A stretch of DNA of 20,000 nucleotides from Toensbergia leucococca (taxonomy: Eukaryota), in contig JALDZS010000048.1 in NCBI GenBank assembly GCA_022813965.1, positions 116,952 through 136,951 on the forward strand, given 5' to 3'. Every line of letters starts with the position of its first letter. The first letter of the stretch is position 1. The notes beneath the pieces are model-generated. The model saw nothing but the letters and a program-made list of their open reading frames with translations. It searched no databases and was not told the DNA's origin. This document shows positions 10,505 through 20,000 of the stretch, one piece after another. Position numbers and translations under genes: made by a program.

Positions 10505-13461
10505 ATGGAAGAATTCTCATTTGCAAGCTCTAGTGCTCTGGATTATCCTGTTCATGTGAGAATGTTCGTCCCTAGTGGAAGATATGGCACTTTCCAATAC
10601 TAAGAAACACTTCAGAGGCAGTTTAGAAGGCCAGTACAACCCACTGCCCTTCTCCACCTTGTTACGAAGACCGGACCTGAGACACATTGGATCTAATACT
10701 AGGTAAGTAGTCTTGCTGCAATCTAAAGCTATCACATTAACGTAGCAAAGTCCACACTCAGATCTGTACGTTACCGCTCAGCTATGGGCTGATTCCAAGC
10801 CGTTGACCGTACCCGTACAAACGGCATATCGCTCCTTCAAAAATGCCAGACTCTGGAACGAATGGCTGGAACTTCCTATATCTGTATCGACACTTCCCCT
10901 GAGCTCTCAGCTAGCAATCACCGTATGGGACCTGTCACCAACCGGCGGGAAAGGCGCCCAGGGTCATGCAATACCTTTTGGAGGAACAACGATTTCACTC
11001 TTTGAGAAGGATAATACTCTGCAAAAAGGTCGACAGAAATGTCGATTATATCGCCACAGAGCAGCTGACGGATTTTCATCTACTACGACCCCTGCGGTAC
11101 CTCCAGCTCGAAGACGCCGTGGGGTGAGTGGTGCCTACGATGTGCATATTCCAACTGCCGAAGAAGACGAGCTCGAGAGATTAGAAAAGCTATTCAAGAA
11201 GCATGAGATGGGAGAAATACCTAGAATAGACTGGTTGGATCAATTGGTGTTCAAGGCTGTAGAGAAGAAAAGGCAAGAGGTCGAAGCATCAACAAGACTT
11301 TCTTCAAAGAATAGCGGGAGAAGAGCTAGGTCAACAAATAAGGACACTCATACTACCAGTGATGCTATACCATCAAGGTCTTCGGAACCCCCTGATGAGC
11401 AGGCTGATTCTGACGACGATGACGAAAATAAGAGGTTTACTCTGATTATTGACTTTCCACGATTTGATTTTCCGGTTGTTTTCACAGACCATGAATACGC
11501 ACCCCCTCCAATATCTTCTCAGTCAATTCATTCGTCGTCCACTTCAAACATAAATTTGAAACCACCACCTGAAGTACAATTAGGGCCAGGTATCAATGGC
11601 ACCGGAACGGGCATTGGAGAAGACGATGAGAATGCACCCCCCCTAATTCGGATCTACGACCCTGAGGTCGGTGCCAAGGATAACCCAGCGGAAAGCAAAC
11701 ACAGACGATTAGTTCGAAGTCATCGTACAGGAGTCTTAGACCGGGACCTGAAGCCTAATGCAAAGATTCGTGATGAACTTAACACAATCATGTCTTACGG
11801 CCCTACCCAAGAGCTCAATGGAGAGGAGAAAGACCTGGTCTGGAAGTTCAGGCATCACCTTACACGTGACAAGCGAGCCTTGACTAAATTCGTCAAATCT
11901 GTTGGTTGGAATGACCAGAACGAGTCCAGACAAGCTGTTCAAATTCTCCCAAAATGGACGGAGATTGATGTAGATGACGCCCTCGAGCTTTTGGGTCCGA
12001 CTTTTGACAACCCGGCGGTCAGAGCATATGCTGTTGACCGTCTAAGAGCGTCGGATGATGAGGAGCTATTGTTGTATTTACTACAATTGGTACAAGCATT
12101 GAAATTCGAAAAATTCTCACCGGAAACTAGTGGTGAAAGTGTTCAAGACTCATCACTGGCGGGGTTCTTGATCTCTCGCGCTACAAAGAATCTAATGCTG
12201 GGTAATTATCTACACTGGTATCTCATGGTGGAATGCGACGACGTTAGTCCCGAACAAGGGAAAGAGCATCGAAAGCTTTTCGCCAAAGTAGAATTTGACT
12301 TCATGGCGGAGCTCATGCGAGTCCCTGATGGCCCGGAGCGTCGGAAGACACTACTACGACAGGGCGAGCTGATAACAGTACTTTCGAAAATCTCGAAAGA
12401 TATACGTTTCTCGAGGGAAGATCGGCCTCACAAAGCTCAGCGCCTGAAGAAATATCTAGCGGATCCGAAGAACGAGCTGACAATCTTTGATCCTCCTTTA
12501 CCTCTCCCACTGGACCCAAGCGTATCCGTAGTCGGCTGCTATCCGGAAGAGTCCATGGTATTCAAGTCTTCTCTCTTCCCTCTCCTGGTCCATTTCAAGA
12601 CCTCGGACGGCAAGAAGTATCCCATCATTTTTAAGACGGGTGATGATCTCCGTCAAGACCAACTGGTCATCCAGATTATTTCGCTCATGGATCGACTTCT
12701 TAGAAAAGAGAACCTAGACCTAAAGCTAACCCCATATCGTATTCTAGCCACCAGCGCCAATGCTGGAGCCGTGCAATTTGTTCCTTCAATGAGCCTAGCA
12801 GCCGCTTCAGCCAAATATAAAGGTAGTATCCTAGCCTACTTGAAAGCGAATAACCCCGACGACAAGGCAGATCTAGGCGTCCGAAAAGAAACAATGGACA
12901 TATACGTGAAAAGCTGTGCAGGCTACTGCGTCATTACATATCTCCTCGGCGTAGGAGATCGCCATCTAGACAACCTCCTTTTAGCCCCTGACGGTAAATC
13001 CTCTCCCATACATATCACCTCCCCCTCAACCCAAGTCCGACAACTAATCCCTAGAAACAGGCCACTTCTTCCACGCCGACTTCGGATACATCCTCGGCCG
13101 CGACCCCAAACCCTTCGCGCCAATGATGAAACTCTGCAAAGAAATGGTCGAGGGCATGGGCGGCGCCTCCTCCCCCCACTACGCCGCCTTCAAGCAATAC
13201 TGCTTCACCGCCTACACCACCCTCCGCAAATCCAGCAATCTGATCCTGAACTTGTTCGCACTGATGGTCGACGCGAATATTCCGGACATTCGTATGGAGC
13301 CGGATAAGGCGGTTTTGAAGGTGCGGGAGAGGTTCCATTTGGAGATGTCGGAGGAGGAGGCGATTCGCGGGTTTGAGGTGTTGATTGGGGATAGTGTCAG
13401 TAGTATTTTTGCGGTGGTGAATGATACTATTCATAATATGATGCAGGGGCTAAGGGCTTAA
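10505..13461 (+). CDS. vps34: Class III phosphatidylinositol 3-kinase Vps34, 929 aa
   Basis: Exons 10505-10563, 10616-10702, 10751-12993, 13061-13461, phases consistent. C2 domain (WNEWLELPI), helical domain (VRAYAVDRL, LLQLVQALKFE) and kinase motifs FKTGDDLRQDQL, LGVGDRHLDN, HADFGYILGRDPKPF. Confidence 0.97.
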
Positions 13462-14122
13462 GGGGGGTTGGGGAGCTGGTGGACTGTTTTGTTTGGACGG
13501 GAAGGGAACTCTTGGGGTGGAAATGGAATCAGAAAAGATATGTGTCTTTGGGTTTTTGGAATTTTGGAACTTTTAGACCCATTCTTTCCCCGGAGTAAAG
13601 GGGGAGAGATATTTTTTCTGAAGTCAAGAGACTGGAATCATTACCATCTCCCTTTCCCGGCACATATGAGTAATCCCTTCGACGAGTGACTCGTTGGCCA
13701 AAAGATATCCCAGGCTGACTGTCTTCGATGAGCTAGATGTTCAAAGAGACACACAAGATCTCACACCTTTTCTACTAGCCGGCCTGAGACGGTGTAAAGA
13801 AGGCCTCATCCACAGCCCTGGTAACATTTGTTGAGTATACACCTAGTCAGTAGATCCCCCTGGAACAAACGGAATTTCCAAGTAATACACTGGGCAATGT
13901 TGATATATTAACACGCCCTTCTTCCTTAAAGGCAATAACCTTAGTAGTAATCTCCCTAAAGAAGAAAAGAACGCCGCCCCTAATGCACCGTTGGTTTTCC
14001 CTATAACCCCAACCGAAGAAATAAAGAAAAAGAACACAATATCCACAAAAGGCCGGCGTCGAAAGAACCGCAATGTGTGCAATTCCCCCCCATCCCTTTT
14101 CCACCCAATACACACCCAGAGC

Positions 14123-15898
14123 CTACCCCTGCCCCAAAATGGGCAAAATATCATCCCCCTCTCTCTCAGGTCGATAATCCTTACACTTGACACTAAATAT
14201 GCTCTCCTTGACGCCCTTCCAGCCGCCGTCTTCAATGACCAGAGCGGTCAGCCGGCCACCTTTGACGCAGCCCGTGTCGAGGCCGCGGGTGTAGGAGTTA
14301 AGGGCAAGGCCGCGGTGGGAGTCGTGGCCATAGAGGATGGTGGAGCGTTGGGAGCGGGGAAGGAGACTTTGGTATTTGTTCCAGAGCTATGGGGGTTTAG
14401 CTTGGCGGTTGGAGAGGGGTTGGGGGGTGGTGGCTAATCGAATGCCCGGCGGACTACGTACCTTGGTCCAGGGTGTCCCTTCACTACGCCGGCTCGGGAC
14501 ATGCGTTTCCAAATCTATCGTTCGCATCGTCATCACCCCCATTGGATCCTGTCTTTCAAGGTCGACGCCCGGAACAAGGCCTGCGTGCACGACGACAATT
14601 TCGCCCATCCCCGGAAGCTCCCCTACCTTTAATATCACCGGGCAAGAACTCAGATAGTCGATCTGTTGCTTATTGAACGACCTAGCCAGGTCCCGGTCTA
14701 CGCCATCTCCGTGAGAGAAACTCTCCTCTTCCATGCGCTCATACGGCTGTACGACCAAGTCAGGATCCTGGCGATCCGTGGCATGATAGGATTCCTCATT
14801 CGCTTCTCCAGTCGCAGCCAGGGATAATCGAGGTGAATGAACATCGCGGTAAGCGAGGAGAACGCGATCTTCATGGTTACCGCGAACGCAGGATGCGCGC
14901 ATAGAGATGGCGACATCGATGACAGCCGGGGAGGAAGGGCCTTTTGAGATGAGGTCGCCTGCGAATATTAGGTGGTCGGTGGCGGAATTGAAGGATACTT
15001 TGGAAAAGAGGGATTGCACTGCATTGTCAGTGACTGGACCTTGGCGCAGTTCAAAGGGAAAAGCATTGCGAATAGATGAGTGGGAGGAGGGGCAAAACTT
15101 ACATTCGTCATGGCATCCATGCACATCCCCCACTACAATTAATCTACCCATGTCCCCATTTTGCGGTACCAAGCGTCTATCCAAGGTTTTCAACTGAATC
15201 ATATCCGAAAACGTTGGTCGTACATTAGCTCCAAACCAACCCTGGCCGGTCTTTATCCTTTCACTCAACGCATCGTTCAACATTGCATCCTCAACATCAA
15301 TTGGGTGTATCCACCACCTCCAATTGACCCAAAACAGCAACAACAAGATTAGAGAGGTAAAGATGTATCTCCTGAGCCTTGGGGCTGTGAGCACTTGGGC
15401 CCAATTAGGACAGGTTGGGCCATTGTCCGGAGATAGGGGGTAGGGGCCAGGGCCAAATTTGGGGTTCGTCCGCCATTCATTGCGCACAAAGTCAACCAGC
15501 GGCCGTCGGGGCTGCAAAGGTTGTTGGTATGCATGGAATTTGTGAGAGGGAAGATGGTAGACTTTATCCATATTGATGGTTATATCGTCGTCAACGTCAT
15601 TGTCGGTAAAGCAATTGTGTACATGTGTGGCTGGCGATGGCTCTCCCTCCTTCTCATCGATATCGTCGAGGTAGTGGTCCGAGTCTCGTTGGACTTCGTT
15701 TGTTGATCTCGATAATGTGCTGGGCGGATGATGGTGGCGTCGTTCAGCAATGGAGCGCAGGCGATGCTGTTCAGCGTTGGGTCGACGTGCGATTTGTTGA
15801 AGTTCTTGGAAAGAGACACCTGCGTTGTAGAGGCGTGCCAGCTCGGACTGAGAAGAAGCATGTTGTGGGCGGGTATCATGGTTTGTATCTTGGCTCAT
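14123..15898 (-). CDS. Calcineurin-like metallophosphoesterase with one transmembrane helix; ApaH-like, similar to yeast Ppn2/YNL217W endopolyphosphatase; about 538 aa
   Basis: Exons 15898-15103, 15018-14462, 14386-14123. Motifs GDVHG, GDLISKG, RGNHE, VHAG, YGHD, LDTGCVKGGRLTAL. Hydrophobic YIFTSLILLLLFWVNW precedes the catalytic domain (type II topology). The family call is firm; Ppn2 orthology is inferred. Confidence 0.85.
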
Positions 15899-16829
15899 TA
15901 TTGGGTTGTCGGAGGTGGCGGGCTTGGCTCTAGCTTGGCAGCGTCGTAATGGGTGGATGCCAAGGGCGGCCGGAGTTGATGTAACGGGCGATCTTGATAA
16001 GGGAAAGGTCGTCGGACGGTAGAAGTAGAAGCAGATACATGTTCAAAGGATGAGGTTTCCATGATGATGAAGTCTATCAAGACCATTCTGTGGGTCAGTC
16101 AATTGCTGCGAACCTTATATATTACGTTATTATCCCTTCCCCAAAGGTGCCAAATCACAGCCAGAAGGATTCTCACGTCTTCCAGTCACGTGCTCACCCG
16201 AATTTGGAATCTCAGATGAGACGAATTGATTGGTCCAAAATTGGTGAATAAATGCCCCTGCACACCTGCAGTCTCTACTCCCCTCTTTCCCACCTCGCCA
16301 TTTCTTCTCTGCACTCTGAGCTGAAGCATTGGTCATCAAGAATGTTTCCACGGTCTAAAAGGTGTCTTTCTAGCTGCAAAGACATCTCTGACTTGGGAAG
16401 GAGTGAAGGTAGGTAGACTATTATTGGATTTTTCTCATTAGTTCTATCTTAATGAAGGGTTACTGCAAACAAGGGACGGGGTATTCTAGCCCATGAAATT
16501 GAATCATTGCTTCTTTTCTCACCACGGCTAGGAATCAGGTACACGGCAAAGGGCGCATCGTTTGGGTTCCTTTGGGATGCTGGACCACAGGTAGCACAAG
16601 CTCCTTAAAGGCATGAAGCCTATGACAAAATCATGCCCAGCAACAGCAGGTCTTTCAATCATTCGGATTTGGAACTCACCAATAGAATAGATCATTACTA
16701 ATCGAAGCCTTCAATCTCTGATCAAGAACACCCACCACACTCGTCGTCACCTGCTGTCTCAGCTGCTGCTTGCTGAGAACGGAAATTAAGAATTCAATTA
16801 TATTGAAATTTGTCGTCTTTGTCCATCAA

Positions 16830-17320
16830 TAATTACATTTAGATATTCGTCTGCGACGCCCCATACAAACCTTCTGCAATCCACTTTCTCAACTTCTCGT
16901 TTTCATCACTTCGAGGGGTCGACTCAACATCTCCTCTCGAATCGTCAATTGAATATTTTGCAAGACTCTTCATCGTGATTCTACCTAGACTTCTCTACGT
17001 CCAATATGCGAGTGCCATAGCTCGCTCAGAAGAAAAGATGCTTGGTTAGCATTTGCGACCATATGGTTAGATCGTAGATATCGGACAGCATTTGGTCATC
17101 ATCGGCCGGTCTGTTTCCCGGAAAATATTCTGCCAGCAACGATTTCCGACCGGATAGCACTTCATCTTGCATCAAGTAGGCGATACAGATATTCAAGATC
17201 TCGGTCAACTGTCGGGGAGAATGACGGCCTACAATATCGTCATACTGCTTGCCAATGAAGAGCTTAAACCATTTTCAGCTGGATCTCACATGGTGGATCT
17301 TCTTGGAAAAGCACTGCATT
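16830..17320 (-). pseudogene. Possible degraded gene remnant, unidentified
   Basis: Protein-like peptides in shifting frames, broken by stops: KLFIGKQYDDIVGRHSPRQLTEILNICIAYLMQDEV...HLFF*, then ...DENEKLRKWIAEGLYG. No family recognised. Confidence 0.25.
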
Positions 17321-17917
17321 AACCATAAAATCAAGCTGTGTCTAGAGCAAGTTCTGCAGACCTCTAAACTTTTGCCTCCTAGAGATTGTCAACTGTGCTT
17401 TTCTCTCCATTAGGCGTTTTTCTGTGACAAATCTCAGCCAGATCTAAGTCGCTAGGCAAGCTGCATTTCATCTTTCCCCTATGCTTCATCTACCATACTC
17501 TCTGTTTAGATGGGCTTCCGTCTGCAAGATGGTATTCTCATATGAATGAATTCGAAGTTTGTGCTGTCATCACCACCTCCGTTCCTCATAAATACGTACG
17601 TCTTCCTCTCTCTTTTGCCTTCAACTCATCAAAGAACCCATTTCGTCTTCTCAAGCCCCCAAGGCTATCTATCTTCGTCATCAATCACTCGGTCAGACAA
17701 AGAAGACCAAGGTGCTGCTACGCTGCTGTCTACATTTGTTTAGGTTCGTACCTGATCACTGGAACTAAGTGACCTAGTCAGAATCATCAAGTAGAAGGCA
17801 TCCTGATAGTAGATTACATCTTTCTATTTGGACCTTGACATACATTCAACCCTGCTATCTAGACGTCCTCCCTTTCATTTCTCTCAACTTGAGTGGACCA
17901 GTCTTCTCACTCCCATT

Positions 17918-18805
17918 ATGATAGCCCTACCAAGCTATCTTCACGATCTCCTATCCAACAAGACCAATCAACCAACCCACCTCAGCGAATCCATCAGATC
18001 TGGCAACACCGTAGTACTCTCCCTCTTAATCCTCGCAACCCTGACCACAACCCTCTGGTCCCTCTACTCCCTCATCCAAAACGATTACCACGCCTTCCTC
18101 TCCCTCGGCCCAGGCGGAACCCCAAGCACTTTCTCCGGCTACCTCCGCGTAACCTACCTCCGCGTCTTCCACGCCCGCGTTGACACCTACACGCCGCAAC
18201 CCTGGACCCCATCCACCAAGCCCCTCCACGGCCACCTCCACACCCTCCCCTCACGACTAGGCCCCCGCCCCCGCGTGGCGGGCATCGCCCCACACCGCCA
18301 GACAACTCAACACGCCTCTCCAGAAACCAAGCACGCCCTCACGACGGCCCTCGACAACCTAGCCGCCTCCCGCCCCACCCTCATCTCCACCGGCATCTCC
18401 TGCTTCGAAAAACACAACCTCGGCCTCTTCTTCTCCCCGCGCCGCGTGCACGTCCAAGTCGCTCCCTCCTCATTCGTGGAGATCCTCGCTTCCGGCGATC
18501 CACAGCACCAGCCCATTCGCCCCTTGAACCCGACCTGTGGTCTGCCTGCCGAAATCACACATTTGCATGCAGGGGATGGGAGCATGCATGTGACGCTCCA
18601 TCCGGCTGATGCGGCGATGGTGCTTTCGCATGGGTGGGGCGAGAGGCATCCGTTGGCTGGGAGGGGGAAGTGGGTTCCGGAGGGATTTGTGATGGTTTAT
18701 GCGCCGAGGGGGAGGGCGGAGGTGGAGGTTGTGATGCAGATTGTTGGGGCTGGGGCTTGGTGGGTCGGTGGTTGCGATTTGACGAGCGGCATTGGGACGA
18801 GGTAA
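17918..18805 (+). CDS. Fungal luciferase-like domain protein (PF17648/DUF5519), intronless, 295 aa
   Basis: First ATG at 17918. N-terminal hydrophobic helix VVLSLLILATLTTTLWSLYSLI, then DYHAFLSLGPGGTP, LPSRLGPRPRVAGIAPHRQ, SCFEKH, EITHLHAGDGSMHVTLHPAD, GWGERHPLAG, VMVYAPR. Confidence 0.85.
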   Translation: MIALPSYLHDLLSNKTNQPTHLSESIRSGNTVVLSLLILATLTTTLWSLYSLIQNDYHAFLSLGPGGTPSTFSGYLRVTYLRVFHARVDTYTPQPWTPSTKPLHGHLHTLPSRLGPRPRVAGIAPHRQTTQHASPETKHALTTALDNLAASRPTLISTGISCFEKHNLGLFFSPRRVHVQVAPSSFVEILASGDPQHQPIRPLNPTCGLPAEITHLHAGDGSMHVTLHPADAAMVLSHGWGERHPLAGRGKWVPEGFVMVYAPRGRAEVEVVMQIVGAGAWWVGGCDLTSGIGTR

Positions 18806-19818
18806 GGAGGTGGTGATTTATGGGGAGAAGGAGTGGCTGTGTTGGCTGGAGTTGTTGGCGGGAGTCGGGGTGGGAGGTAGAAGGGAGAGAGATGAGAGGA
18901 TTTTTTTTCAAATCAGATGCCAGTCACCAGCACCCCAAGAGACCTGATAATGTTTCCCTGGTGTATTTGTGCACAACATTTGTCTTGCTGGATCTGCACT
19001 TTGCAATAACCTTTTAAAACACACGTCCTATTTTCTAGCACAAATTCCAGTCCCTTTTTGTCCACGGTAGCCTACTCGCACAAGATAGATCTCTACCTAG
19101 GTAGCTCGCTTCCTCTTCCCCGCTTGATGGATTCCAAGTCCTGTCCTCCGTTAAGCCATTTCGCAATCACTTTCTTTCCAATTCCTTATATAAGAACACG
19201 ACTCAGCTACATCCAGACCCCCTTTTCCCCCCCGTTTCACCGCAAAACTCTCTTTCAAGTCACAAAAAAACTCCTTTTAAAACAAGTAGGTAAATCTGCA
19301 CCTTCCATCGAAAAACCTTCCCCGCCTTATAAGGTGCTAAGAAATACCGTTTCACATTATTTGGCCGGACATTCTCGCTCTTGGTAGATTTGTGGGTTAT
19401 GATAGGTTTATTATTTTTCCAAGGATGTGTGTTGGGTTTTTGAGGATAGAGTCGATTTTGTCCGCTTTTTTAATGGATGTCTATATCGGGGTTTCTCGGT
19501 TAACTTTTGGGGGGGGGAGGGGGGGGAGATTCGGGGTTTGGGAATGTTGTGGTTACGGAGTTGAGGGGTGTGGAGAGGGTTGAATTGGGTGTTGGGGGAG
19601 GGAGTGGTGTTTTGGCGCGGGTGGGCCTTTTTCTCGGCAGAAAAGAGTGATATGGAGCTCGATTTTCGTCGGGGTTTGACTGCGCTCCGACTGTGCGTAA
19701 CTCAAGGAGACATGGCCAGGGAAAGGCTCCAGCATGATTAGCGTTAGGGTTGTTTCTCTCGTTTTGTTGAGGATAGGGATTGGAGTAAAGGGAATTGTAT
19801 ATGAATATGGTTTCCATT

Positions 19819-20000
19819 TTATCGGTATCGATCATACTCGGCCTCCTCCCGCATTCTCTTCTTCACAAGTTGCACAACACTATCCCCATATACGTCCTCG
19901 GGGGTCCTGCCGCCCCTCAAAACCTCCCTCTCGTGCCCAACCGCCTCCTCCTTCGTCATACACACCAAATCTCCCAATCGCACGCTCGAGCTCTTCTGCC
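19819..20000 (-). CDS. 3' end of an unidentified protein-coding gene (start outside the window)
   Basis: Open frame from the window edge: QKSSSVRLGDLVCMTKEEAVGHEREVLRGGRTPEDVYGDSVVQLVKKRMREEAEYDRYR*, TAA at 19821-19819, with G/T-ending codons like the other gene 3' ends here. A second frame is also open for about 40 codons. Confidence 0.5.
   Translation of the reverse strand, partial: QKSSSVRLGDLVCMTKEEAVGHEREVLRGGRTPEDVYGDSVVQLVKKRMREEAEYDRYR

Noticed and set aside
12994..13307. Apparent frameshift or aberrant Arg-rich tail on the 834-aa Vps34 ORF
   Set aside because: Explained by a 67-nt intron (12994-13060); splicing restores DGHFFHADFG.
13468..14657. ORFs 13468-13689, 13843-14235, 13991-14437 and 14337-14657
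   Set aside because: Antisense or off-frame shadows of the phosphoesterase, or skewed 3' UTR sequence.
10505..15898. vps34 and the Ppn2-like gene as a vacuolar functional cluster
   Set aside because: They are convergent housekeeping genes with no shared promoter; adjacency alone is not evidence.
19743..19751. GTTAGGGTT, 1.5 telomere repeats, as a possible telomerase RNA template (AACCCTAAC on minus)
   Set aside because: Some 9-nt permutation is expected about once by chance in 20 kb on both strands. It lies about 70 nt after a stop codon, and the 1 kb gap is short for a filamentous-fungal telomerase RNA.
19058..19835. ORFs 19058-19387 (+) and 19500-19835 (-)
   Set aside because: Low-complexity, Pro-rich products of the C/G skew, with no family features.
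1..20000. Transposons, CRISPR arrays, tRNA/rRNA genes, TPP riboswitch
   Set aside because: No transposase or RT motifs, terminal repeats, spaced repeats or consensus RNA motifs were recognised by eye.

Overview
Filamentous ascomycete (Pezizomycotina-type) genomic DNA with short GT-AG introns and CTAAC/CTGAC branch points. All exon structures were rebuilt by hand and phase-checked. Left, an accessory-looking block: an intron-rich amidase-signature amidase (-, 3' end outside the window), divergent from a DJ-1/PfpI gene of the isocyanide-hydratase-like type (+), then a hemerythrin HHE protein (-) and an intronless F-box gene (+). A 1.5 kb ORF-poor interval follows, holding one or two candidate structured ncRNAs. 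Centre: nse4 (-) and vps34 (+) head-to-head, then a membrane-anchored Ppn2/ApaH-like metallophosphoesterase (-). Right: a possible degraded gene, a fungal-luciferase-like (PF17648/DUF5519) gene (+) and the 3' end of an unidentified gene (-). Best leads: a possible isocyanide-to-formamide-to-amine detoxification pair, a luciferase homologue with no luciferin-pathway neighbours, an H/ACA-like RNA that could target 5.8S rRNA, uORFs on vps34 and the phosphoesterase, and repeated C-rich to G-rich skew switches. No transposon, tRNA, rRNA or CRISPR array was recognised.
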